From assembly GCA_043824255.1 (NCBI GenBank), contig JBDRTG010000047.1, positions 96,001-160,000 of the forward strand: 64,000 nucleotides of DNA, given 5' to 3'. The translations under genes and the position numbers were made by a program. Positions 10,306-18,629 of the stretch are shown here, piece after piece. Within the stretch, counting starts at the first letter, position 1. Each line of letters opens with the position of its first letter. The notes beneath the pieces were generated by a model that did not search any database, had not been told where the DNA came from, and was given only the letters and a program-made list of their open reading frames with translations. The stretch comes from a bacterium (GTDB lineage: Bacteria; JAHJDO01).

Positions 10306-10973
10306 TGCTTAAATCTACATCCTATTTTAAATGACATAATATCTACATCTGCTACACTAACCCGACAGGTAGATACAAGGTTGACACTGGAGAAGTCGCT
10401 TGAAAAAATACTATCCTCCCTGACTTTTTTAATTAAGTCTCCAATGCGCCTTGTCATATCTTCATTTTCTCTTGACAGAGCCATGCCCTCCAGAATAAAG
10501 ACATTGTAGCTCTTCTTAACCTTTTTGCCTGCGTCAGGACTCGCTTTCGTTGAGATACCTGCCTTTCCATGACCACCAGGTGTTACAGAAACCATTTCAG
10601 TCCTTTTTTCAACAGCCGTCTTTGTAAGCCACGTCTGGGTAGGCAATATATCGCTTAACTGGTTTAATCTCTTTGCCCATATGATTCGGGAGTGAATAAG
10701 TTTTTTCAAAAGAGATATCTTTCTATTAATAGATTTCTTTGCGCTTTCCAACTTCTCCGCCTCACGCATTATCGGTTCTAATTTAGAATATTCAACTACC
10801 AGTTTGTTATGCGTCCATCCCATGAACTTTGCGCTGGAAAAACTGATAAGATAAATAAGAACCATTACAACAACCAGTATAACGCCCCCTGTTATGAAGA
10901 TTTCCATTCCGGGTAGTTTTAGACTTCTTCTAGCTTTTCTTAACTCAATGGGGAGTAGGTTTACAGTAATCAT
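10302..10973 (-). CDS. pilN: Pilus alignment protein PilN
   Basis: N-terminal VNLLP, TM, WAKRLNQLSDILPTQTWL. Confidence 0.85.
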   Translation of the reverse strand: MITVNLLPIELRKARRSLKLPGMEIFITGGVILVVVMVLIYLISFSSAKFMGWTHNKLVVEYSKLEPIMREAEKLESAKKSINRKISLLKKLIHSRIIWAKRLNQLSDILPTQTWLTKTAVEKRTEMVSVTPGGHGKAGISTKASPDAGKKVKKSYNVFILEGMALSRENEDMTRRIGDLIKKVREDSIFSSDFSSVNLVSTCRVSVADVDIMSFKIGCRFKQ

Positions 10974-12022
10974 TTTATGCCTCTCAGAGCAAGCCCGACA
11001 GCAACTGTTAAAAATGGATAAAGTCTTTTTATTCTCTCTGCATTGATTTCGTCTGATATTTTCAGGTTATTGGTTGCATTCCAAGTGTGCGTTTCTACTC
11101 CAATTTTTTCATGCATGATATCGCTTATTATGGAAATCTGTGAACTGCCTCCGCTCAAGTATATATCTGCGATGTTCTTATCAGGAACTTGACTTTCATA
11201 GTAATCAAACGACATGTGTATCTCATTAACGAGATTACTCGTAATATGTTTTATCGTCTCTGTTACTTCCTTGGATCTGCTTTTTGCTTTTTTTGTCTCT
11301 TCAGCTTTTTTAATATCAATACCTAGATCCTCACTAATAGCCTTGCTATAATCCGTGCCCGCAATATTTATATCCCTTGTGAGCCTTGAAGTACCATTAT
11401 CAAGTATGCTTATATTTGTCATCTGAGCGCCAATATTTATAAGCGAAATTACATTATCCTTTTTCTTAAAGACAGAGTTGAGCGCATGTTCAAAGGCATT
11501 TATAGCGGCGAAGGAATCAATATCAATAGCAACCGGCTCCAGATTACAGGCTTTTAACAGTTCCAATCGTTGATTGATTAAGTCTTTCTTAACAGCGACA
11601 AGCATTACTTCTATCATGTTTGTCTCGCTTGCTATGTTATCTAAAACTTGAAAGTCAAATTCCACTTCATTCATATCAAAAGGAATGTGTTTTGCAGCTT
11701 CATACTTCAAAGAAGCGCTTAAGTCTTCTTCTGACATCTTTGGAACACGAATATATCTTACAATTACCGATTGTCCCGAAACTCCTATAGTAACCCTAGT
11801 GGTTGCGATATTCGCTTCTATAGAAGCCTTCTTAATAGCAGTAATTACACTATCCTTGTTATCTCCAATTATTTCAGCTGCGCCAACTTTACTCAAGCGC
11901 AAGGACTCTCCATCTCCGGTAAGTTCGACAATCTTGACAGCACTGCTTCCTATATCTAATCCTAAACTGGTTCTGGATTTAGGCTTTGCGCTGAAAAGTT
12001 TTGTAATTGATTTAGGTATCAT
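10970..12022 (-). CDS. pilM: Pilus assembly protein PilM (actin-like)
   Basis: LGLDIGSSAVKIVEL, HIPF, YLSGGSS, AVGLALR. Confidence 0.93.
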   Translation of the reverse strand: MIPKSITKLFSAKPKSRTSLGLDIGSSAVKIVELTGDGESLRLSKVGAAEIIGDNKDSVITAIKKASIEANIATTRVTIGVSGQSVIVRYIRVPKMSEEDLSASLKYEAAKHIPFDMNEVEFDFQVLDNIASETNMIEVMLVAVKKDLINQRLELLKACNLEPVAIDIDSFAAINAFEHALNSVFKKKDNVISLINIGAQMTNISILDNGTSRLTRDINIAGTDYSKAISEDLGIDIKKAEETKKAKSRSKEVTETIKHITSNLVNEIHMSFDYYESQVPDKNIADIYLSGGSSQISIISDIMHEKIGVETHTWNATNNLKISDEINAERIKRLYPFLTVAVGLALRGIK

Positions 12023-12029
12023 AAATCAG

Positions 12030-12058
12030 ATTCTACTATTATGAAATGCTGCTGTCAA
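12030..12058 (-). promoter_or_regulatory. Sigma70-type promoter for the pilM operon
   Basis: TTGACA-N17-TAGAAT, ending 7 nt before the pilM ATG. Confidence 0.65.
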
Positions 12059-12060
12059 AT

Positions 12061-13071
12061 TTAATACTCCTGCCAGGAACCGCTTACTATACGCCACGGC
12101 AGGTTGTTGTCAAAAGCATTTGCTACATTGACAGAATTATAAACTACCAAGGGTCTTCCTGTAGATATTGTTGCAGATGTATCAGCTTGAGTCTGGACAA
12201 GAACTGACCCGGAAATCTCGGGATTTCCACTTATTGTCAGATTTCCAAATACATACATTATACCCTCAAATGTGCCGCCTGCTACATCAAGATCACCGTC
12301 TACTACAAGGATTCCGCTTCCATACCATCCTGTCGTTGTAACCTTAAACGATGAATTATCCTGAAATTTAACCCAGGTAATTCCATCCACGTCTGAATTG
12401 TTCGGAGGGTCAGTATAGTTTCTGGTTGATATGCCTTCCATTTCTTCTTTCGTCAGGCCAAATATATCTTCAATTGATGGAAAAGGAGCATTACTTATTG
12501 GCGGACTGCCTGTTATTTCCCCAGAACCATCTGTAGTGGCTGTAAAACCCGCTGGAACCGTTACGCCCGTACTGGTACCTCCGGCTATTAGTCCATTTCC
12601 ACTGACCAGAACATTACCACCCGCTTGAAGTGCAGAATTAACAGCTCCTGGATTTCCAATTCGTTCCGCATCAACTTTCACTGTCCTTTCTACCTTGTCT
12701 ATATTTGTCACGCTCGGAGTATATCCGGTTGCTGTGATAGCCGCACTTGTTGATGTTACGTTTGATACGCTTATTGTATAATCTCCTATAACCTTCCCAT
12801 CTTGGGTCTGGAAGGAAAGAACGGTCTTTGTGTAAACTGCTCCTGAAGTGTCCCAGCCAACCCATGAACCCTGGCCAAATCCTAGCTCCCATAATGCCGC
12901 CTGAACTCCTGATTCTGCAAGATTCCTTGCTGCAGATAGACGATAGGACCTGATTGTAAGCTTTTTTTGGAAAACGACTGTGGAAAGATACGCTCCGGCT
13001 ATAATGGCAATAATAAGCATCACTATAGCTGAAATAACCAATACGCTTCCGCGTCTATTTCTATACATCAA
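12061..13071 (-). CDS. PilX-like minor pilin with C-terminal beta-solenoid-like domain
   Basis: RRGSVLVISAIV (no Glu5), ARNLAESGVQAAL, C-terminal GSGILVVDGDL..SWQEY. Confidence 0.75.
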   Translation of the reverse strand: MMYRNRRGSVLVISAIVMLIIAIIAGAYLSTVVFQKKLTIRSYRLSAARNLAESGVQAALWELGFGQGSWVGWDTSGAVYTKTVLSFQTQDGKVIGDYTISVSNVTSTSAAITATGYTPSVTNIDKVERTVKVDAERIGNPGAVNSALQAGGNVLVSGNGLIAGGTSTGVTVPAGFTATTDGSGEITGSPPISNAPFPSIEDIFGLTKEEMEGISTRNYTDPPNNSDVDGITWVKFQDNSSFKVTTTGWYGSGILVVDGDLDVAGGTFEGIMYVFGNLTISGNPEISGSVLVQTQADTSATISTGRPLVVYNSVNVANAFDNNLPWRIVSGSWQEY

Positions 13072-14228
13072 TCATACCATTGAGTAACCGTAACAGTTCC
13101 AGGAAATCCCCCGGGATTTACATTCGCCAAGGCTTCATCATAATGAATGCCGCCGTTTCCACTATCTTGTACTGTATCCCCTACAAATGCGCCAAAAAGG
13201 TCTCCATTCCCTGAAACCTTCAACTCGGCTTTCGGGGCATATATTGCTCCTGCAAAGTCTCCATTACCTGTAAATTGCACACTTGTACAACTATCTGTTC
13301 CATAAAGCAGACAATCGGATGGGGTGCCAGGATTTGAGATACCATTCCCAGTTATATGACAAGTTCCTGAGACGTAAATAGTAACCTCGCCACTAATTAT
13401 TAATGTTGCATTTCCTGTAATCTGTATTGATGTAAACCAATATGTTCCGGATGTAAGGGTCTGTGTATTATTCCCTGATATTGACAAACCACCACTACTA
13501 CTTACACCAGCTGGGACAGTGACTGATGGCATTGGAAACAGAGTGGATGCAGCTGTTTTTTGCCCATTCAATACAGCGTTTCCAGAAGTGGTTATTGCAG
13601 TATTTACATCCCCACCCGGACCAATCTGAGCATTTCCATTAACTATAGCATTCCCACTTAAAGCGACGGCTCCGGATGATGTTGCATTAGTGCCCACAGA
13701 ACCGTTGCTACCGGGTGACTGACTGGCATACGTTCCATTGTCAGAGTTATAGCTATCGGACGCACCGTTACCTGAAAGAGTAACGCTCTTATCTCCAAAT
13801 ATTCCTTGTGTAAACGGCGAACCGCTTACCTGAAGATTAGCATTTATTAACTTGGAAAACCTGTTTATGTCAGTTACATTGGGAGCTGTTCCTGTAGCTG
13901 TAACTGTAGGAGTACCTGTAGCTGAGTTGTTAACTGTGACCGTAACACTTCCCACTGCTCTGCCGCCTGCGTCTGATAGAGTAATGGTTTGGACAGGATC
14001 TCCGTTTGCATCAACTGCCCAGGTGGTAATATCGCCATATGCATATTCATAAATTGCTCTTTCTATGCCTGCTTCTGCAAGATTGACCGCAGCTGTATGC
14101 CGATATGACCTATTTGTCATTCTATTCTCAAAAACAATTCTCGAGAGATAGGTACCCGCTATGACAAATAAGGATGTAGAAACCAAAGCAGTTAGTACCA
14201 GAATGCTACCTTTTCTGTTCAGTTTCAA
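13068..14228 (-). CDS. PilX-like minor pilin with Gly/Asn-rich beta-helix domain
   Basis: RKGSILVLTAL, AVNLAEAGIERA, recurring [LIFV][ST]GN[GA], DSYNS, GAIYAPKA, IHYDEAL. Confidence 0.75.
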   Translation of the reverse strand: MKLNRKGSILVLTALVSTSLFVIAGTYLSRIVFENRMTNRSYRHTAAVNLAEAGIERAIYEYAYGDITTWAVDANGDPVQTITLSDAGGRAVGSVTVTVNNSATGTPTVTATGTAPNVTDINRFSKLINANLQVSGSPFTQGIFGDKSVTLSGNGASDSYNSDNGTYASQSPGSNGSVGTNATSSGAVALSGNAIVNGNAQIGPGGDVNTAITTSGNAVLNGQKTAASTLFPMPSVTVPAGVSSSGGLSISGNNTQTLTSGTYWFTSIQITGNATLIISGEVTIYVSGTCHITGNGISNPGTPSDCLLYGTDSCTSVQFTGNGDFAGAIYAPKAELKVSGNGDLFGAFVGDTVQDSGNGGIHYDEALANVNPGGFPGTVTVTQWYD

Positions 14229-14243
14229 ATAACATCACCTCCA

Positions 14244-14798
14244 TTATTTATTCCTTAATTTTACAGACGTATTTAAAGTTTTTGTATGTGTTTTATTCAT
14301 AACAGTTGCTGTGCTTGTAATTGATATTGTTATGCGACTAGCGCCAGCAAGAGTTGGAAGATAGCCAAATGCCAGGTTAGATATATTTGAACTTATATTC
14401 TTGGTTCCTGAGGTTCTTGTGCTTCCAACTGCTGCCCAGGTTGTTTTCTCTAAGTTAGTGCCATTTAATGCATACCTAAAATAATCATTAGATCCGGTTA
14501 TTGGATTTCCACTGGCATCGATTGAAGATACCTCCAGGACCAACTGCTGGAGCGTACTTGCAGGTACACTTCCTATTGCAGTACTCACTACATCTCCTGC
14601 ACGCCTTGTGTCCTGACTTATATTATCCAGAACTAATCTCACATTTTTTTGTGTATCAAGATAACGAGAGTCAAAAACAAACATTTGATTGCCTCTTATA
14701 AATAGAAATAAAACGGCACTCAATATCACTATTCCGATTGAAGCAGCAATAATAACTTCCATTATCGTAAAACCGCCTGAAAGCCGCTTCTTTTTCAT
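14244..14798 (-). CDS. PilW-like minor pilin
   Basis: Class III signal GFTIMEVII, ISQDTRRA, C-terminal VKLRN. Confidence 0.75.
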   Translation of the reverse strand: MKKKRLSGGFTIMEVIIAASIGIVILSAVLFLFIRGNQMFVFDSRYLDTQKNVRLVLDNISQDTRRAGDVVSTAIGSVPASTLQQLVLEVSSIDASGNPITGSNDYFRYALNGTNLEKTTWAAVGSTRTSGTKNISSNISNLAFGYLPTLAGASRITISITSTATVMNKTHTKTLNTSVKLRNK

Positions 14799-14799
14799 T

Positions 14800-15240
14800 T
14801 TAGATGCCTCCGTTAGTTACAAGCGTAGTAATGCTTCTACTGAATGCTTGCCCCTGCGCCCCTATCCACTGAACTGTTATACTGACCTGTTTTATATTGC
14901 TGTCAATAAAATCAGAAATTGAAAGCAATACTACTCCGCTACTAAGATTTGCAAGTCCCTGTGTAACATTTCCTGTGATAGTAGTAAAATCCTGATTGCT
15001 GAATGTTCCCCAACCAGTTATTGTTGCAAATGAACTGTCGCGTACTATTTCCATTGCGTCCTGCGCTATCTTTGTAGCGGTAGAGATTTCAGCTGTTCTT
15101 CTAATCGTTGCAGGTCCATTGGAAAACGCAGTAAAAAGGCCAATTAAACCAACACTCAGAATCAAAATGGCTATCATGGTTTCTATTAACGTAAACCCAC
15201 GATTTAATTTAACTATCCGTATGTCTTTGCGCTTTTTCAT
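14800..15240 (-). CDS. PilV-like minor pilin
   Basis: RGFTLIETMIAILILSVGL, ATKIAQDAMEIVR, KQVSITVQW. Confidence 0.78.
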   Translation of the reverse strand: MKKRKDIRIVKLNRGFTLIETMIAILILSVGLIGLFTAFSNGPATIRRTAEISTATKIAQDAMEIVRDSSFATITGWGTFSNQDFTTITGNVTQGLANLSSGVVLLSISDFIDSNIKQVSITVQWIGAQGQAFSRSITTLVTNGGI

Positions 15241-15264
15241 TTGTCATCTCCAAAACTAGTCCTA

Positions 15265-15714
15265 TCATAGTGAGAATGGCTGTGCTGCAACAAAAGCTGC
15301 TCCATGTCCTCTGCCAGCTACTCCGTTCGGACACGTAATCCGGATTTTCCCAACTGGCGTTGAATCTGCCATATATCCAGCACCGGCTCCTATGGGACAG
15401 GTGGGGACGGTCTTTAGGTATCCTGTAGCAGCCACTAGTCCCCATGTTCCTGTTGCAGGAGCTGCGTTCCACACAATCGCCCCAGCTGCAAATCCAGCGC
15501 CGCCATTAGTCGCATCAAGATTTTCCTCTATACACACCTGTTCAAGCCCGGATGCAATCTGTTTCATGTTGTTTGTACATACAACATCTCTGGATCTCGT
15601 TCTATTCTTCAGGAAATTAGGTATAGCTATAGTTAATAAAAGCGCAATGATTGCAACAACAATCATAATTTCAACAAGTGTAAAACCTCTGCCCTTTCCC
15701 CAAACAACTACCAT
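15265..15714 (-). CDS. Type IVa pilin, paralog of the major pilin
   Basis: RGFTLVEIMIVVAIIALLLTIAIPNF; four Cys; similar to 15800-16237. Confidence 0.9.
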   Translation of the reverse strand: MVVVWGKGRGFTLVEIMIVVAIIALLLTIAIPNFLKNRTRSRDVVCTNNMKQIASGLEQVCIEENLDATNGGAGFAAGAIVWNAAPATGTWGLVAATGYLKTVPTCPIGAGAGYMADSTPVGKIRITCPNGVAGRGHGAAFVAAQPFSL

Positions 15715-15736
15715 CCAACACCCCTTTCGAAATATG

Positions 15737-15766
15737 ACAGCGGCGGGAGAAAACTCCCGCCACTAT
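15737..15766 (-). terminator. Stem-loop between the two pilins (partial terminator or mRNA stabiliser)
   Basis: Minus strand AUAGUGGCGGGAG-UUUU-CUCCCGCCGCUGU; no clear U-tract follows. Confidence 0.6.
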
Positions 15767-15799
15767 TATATGTCCTTTCAGGCCTTTCAGCAAGTAGCT

Positions 15800-16237
15800 T
15801 TATTGCAGTGTATATGGATTATTAGTAGCCTGAAAATTTGGCCCATGGCTTGTCAGACTTGGACAAGTAATCTGAAATACCCCAACTGTTGATGAAGCCG
15901 CTGTATAAGCACCAGATGCTATAGGACATGTAGGAGCTGTCTTCAGGTATGCTGTACTGCCTACTATTCCCCATGTTCCTGTTGCAGGAGCTGCGTTCCA
16001 TGTAATCGAAGCAATTCCAGCACCAGCACCAGTAGCGTCAAGATCTTCCTCCATGCACACCTGTTCAAGGGCTGATGCAATCTGTTTCATGCCATTTACG
16101 CATACAGCATCTCTGGATCTACTTCTGGACTTGATGAAGTTAGGAATAGCTATCGCTGCTAAAAGCCCAATAATCGCTACAACAATCATAATCTCAACAA
16201 GCGTAAAACCTCTTTTACTGCGAAGTAATCTAATCAT
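15800..16237 (-). CDS. pilA: Major type IVa pilin
   Basis: RGFTLVEIMIVVAIIGLLAAIAIPNF; strong SD (GAGGAGGTG); first gene after the sigma54 promoter. Confidence 0.88.
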   Translation of the reverse strand: MIRLLRSKRGFTLVEIMIVVAIIGLLAAIAIPNFIKSRSRSRDAVCVNGMKQIASALEQVCMEEDLDATGAGAGIASITWNAAPATGTWGIVGSTAYLKTAPTCPIASGAYTAASSTVGVFQITCPSLTSHGPNFQATNNPYTLQ

Positions 16238-16286
16238 TCTCTTTCACCTCCTCTTCAATCAATTTTTTCTCTCGCCTTATATAACA

Positions 16287-16302
16287 AGCATTTTTCGTGC
16301 CA
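16287..16302 (-). promoter_or_regulatory. Sigma54 (-24/-12) promoter of pilA
   Basis: TGGCACGAAAAATGCT = GG-N10-GC; a cognate activator (PilR) is in the locus. Confidence 0.8.
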
Positions 16303-16315
16303 AAGATATCAGGGC

Positions 16316-16378
16316 ACATCCCCCTGAATCCCCCTTCGAAGGGGGACAGTTTCGCCGTAGGCGGAATTAGGAGGATGT
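16316..16378. repeat. GC-rich branched palindromic element (REP/MITE-like)
   Basis: Outer imperfect IR ACATCCCCCTGAAT / AATTAGGAGGATGT enclosing the palindrome TCCCCCTTCGAAGGGGGA and the hairpin TTCGCC-GTA-GGCGGAA. Confidence 0.55.
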
Positions 16379-16437
16379 TTTCCCCGCCCGAAAACGGGTT
16401 CAAAATATTGAATCCCTACAAAAAATTTTAGTTATCA

Positions 16438-16493
16438 GGCAAAATATTTTGACATATTTGTGAAATAAGCAAAAAAAATTGCCTATTTCACAA
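16438..16493. promoter_or_regulatory. Candidate PilR enhancer sites / palindromic operator
   Basis: GGCAAAATATTTTGAC and TTGTGAAATAAGCAA-N6-TTGCCTATTTCACAA, about 140-190 nt upstream of the sigma54 site. Confidence 0.5.
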
Positions 16494-16543
16494 TAAAATA
16501 TAAAGCTTCTTGCAAATTCCCTAAAAAAGTTCTAACATCATTC

Positions 16544-18148
16544 ATGCTGGAGAATCAAAAGGAAACAAAAATTACCATTTTGACAATTTTTGATGAAGAA
16601 TGTGGAGCTCGGGAACTTCCTTTGGAGAAAAAGCTTATTACTATTGGAAGACTGGCAGATAATGATATTATAATTTCGGACAAGAGTATATCCGGAAAAC
16701 ATCTTAAACTCACTTTTTTGAATAATGACTGGATATTGGAAGATATGCATTCTACGAATGGCAGCTTTGTAAATGGAGAACTTGTTGAAGAAAAGAAGCT
16801 GGACGACGGCGACGAGATAGTTATAGGCAAAACAAGAATTCTATTCGGGGAAACATCTTCTTTCCCGCATCCAGAAGAGAGCTCTTTTACTATTATAAAG
16901 GCTGTAACGCCTAGCGCTGTTATTCCCCCCTCTTATGAAACTGCAAGTAACGAGGAGTTAAAGAGAACTCATAAAATATTAGCTACCCTTTATAAGGCCA
17001 GCGAACTTCTTAGTTCTGCACTTAAATTAGAAGACGTCCTGAATAAAATTCTGGATTTGATTTTTCAACACATTAGTGCTGACCGAGTTCTTATTATACT
17101 CAAAGATGAATTAACAGGTAAACTTGTTCCTAAAGCAGTGAAGAAAAGAGACGAAAAAGATAGGGCAGAATTAACCGTAAGCCACAGTATTATGAGTAAG
17201 GTTTTAGATGAAGGTAAATCGGTAATCTGTTCGGATGCTTTAGAAGACAAAAGATTTAAAGAACAAATGAGTATTATCCAGCATCAAATTCATTCAGCAA
17301 TGTGTGTCCCTCTAAGAACAAAAGACAGAGCCTTGGGCGTAATTTATGCTGATACACTCATGATTAAAGGGGCTTTTAACACCGAAGATTTAAACTTGCT
17401 TACTGCATTAGGTAACGAAGCTGCGCTGGCTATAGATAATGTGCGTTTATATGAAAAAAATCTTAAGGCAGAGCGATTAGCTGGTATAGGACAGGCCATA
17501 ACCGGCATGGCACACTATGTCAAGAATATTCTCGTGGGGATGGATGGTGGTGGCATCTTAGTAGATATGGGAATAAAACAAAAAAACAATACTTTAATGA
17601 ATAAAGGGTGGAAGTTAGTTAAAGCCTCTACAAATAAAGTAAGAGACGTGGTGATGGACATGCTAACCTATTCTAAAGAAAGAAAGCCGCAGCTGCAGCC
17701 ATGTAATCTAAATGATGTCGTAGATGAAGTTATAGAGCTAATGAGTAAAAAGGCTGAAGATGCGGGCATTAAACTGCATGCTCATCTTGAGGAAAATATT
17801 GGACAGTTCTTATTAGATCCTCAAGTCATCCATCGTTCTCTGCTTAACTTGATAAATAATGCTTTTGATGCGATGGAGAAAGATGGGAAAATTACAATTG
17901 CTACAGAGTATATAGTTGAGGGGGATCAGCTTAAATTGTCTGTGTCTGATACAGGATCCGGAATACCTGAAGATGTATTAACAACTCTTTTTACACCTTT
18001 TTATTCAAGCAAGGGATTGAAGGGAACAGGTCTCGGATTAGCAGTGACACATAAGATAATTAAAGAACATGGTGGAAGAATAGATGTGAATTCCGAGGTC
18101 AGCAAAGGGACTACCTTCAGTATATTTTTACCTGCAAGAAAAGAATAA
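16544..18148 (+). CDS. Cytoplasmic FHA-GAF histidine kinase
   Basis: FHA (IGR..DND..ISGKH..STNGSFVNG), GAF (SAMCVPL..GVIYAD), H-box MAHYVKN, DTGSG, GTGLGL. Confidence 0.9.
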   Translation: MLENQKETKITILTIFDEECGARELPLEKKLITIGRLADNDIIISDKSISGKHLKLTFLNNDWILEDMHSTNGSFVNGELVEEKKLDDGDEIVIGKTRILFGETSSFPHPEESSFTIIKAVTPSAVIPPSYETASNEELKRTHKILATLYKASELLSSALKLEDVLNKILDLIFQHISADRVLIILKDELTGKLVPKAVKKRDEKDRAELTVSHSIMSKVLDEGKSVICSDALEDKRFKEQMSIIQHQIHSAMCVPLRTKDRALGVIYADTLMIKGAFNTEDLNLLTALGNEAALAIDNVRLYEKNLKAERLAGIGQAITGMAHYVKNILVGMDGGGILVDMGIKQKNNTLMNKGWKLVKASTNKVRDVVMDMLTYSKERKPQLQPCNLNDVVDEVIELMSKKAEDAGIKLHAHLEENIGQFLLDPQVIHRSLLNLINNAFDAMEKDGKITIATEYIVEGDQLKLSVSDTGSGIPEDVLTTLFTPFYSSKGLKGTGLGLAVTHKIIKEHGGRIDVNSEVSKGTTFSIFLPARKE

Positions 18149-18164
18149 TTTTTACAGAATAGCT

Positions 18165-18551
18165 TTAATCCAAGAATTCTTTTAGAAGCTCTATAATTTT
18201 TGCAATACTTCCGGTTTGCTTACCAAACTCTTTGTGAACATAATGTGCGCCTTCAAGAACTTTATTATCAAACTGTTCCTTTGTAAGACCAGTATGAAAA
18301 ATTATTGGTATTTGTTCATATTGAGGATTTTCCTTAAGATAGTCTCTTACAGTGCCACCATGCCCTACCATAACCATATCCAGTATGGCAGCATCAATAT
18401 GTGGCTTCTTGGTGCTAAGCAGGTCTATGGCATTTTTACCATTAGGAGCGTCAAACACCTCGTAACTACAGCCAGCTTCTAATATTGTCTTTAATGCCTC
18501 CCTCAGCTCATTATCATCCTCTACTATCAAAACAGTTTTCTTGCCCATCAT
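18165..18551 (-). CDS. Single-domain response regulator receiver
   Basis: VLIVEDD, ILDMVM, IPIIFHTG, YVHK. Confidence 0.82.
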   Translation of the reverse strand: MMGKKTVLIVEDDNELREALKTILEAGCSYEVFDAPNGKNAIDLLSTKKPHIDAAILDMVMVGHGGTVRDYLKENPQYEQIPIIFHTGLTKEQFDNKVLEGAHYVHKEFGKQTGSIAKIIELLKEFLD

Positions 18552-18629
18552 CTCCCTCCTATCGCTCTTATATCTCTTTCTCTTAATAAAATTCTACTAC
18601 ATTATCCTGAGAACTGTCAAATCCGTGTC

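Noticed and set aside
15800..16237. Conductive e-pilin
   Set aside because: Full-length pilin with long aromatic-free stretches; no multiheme cytochromes in the window.
466..16370. Many short plus-strand ORFs across the pil locus (and similar antisense ORFs elsewhere)
   Set aside because: Antisense shadows of well-supported genes, with no motifs.
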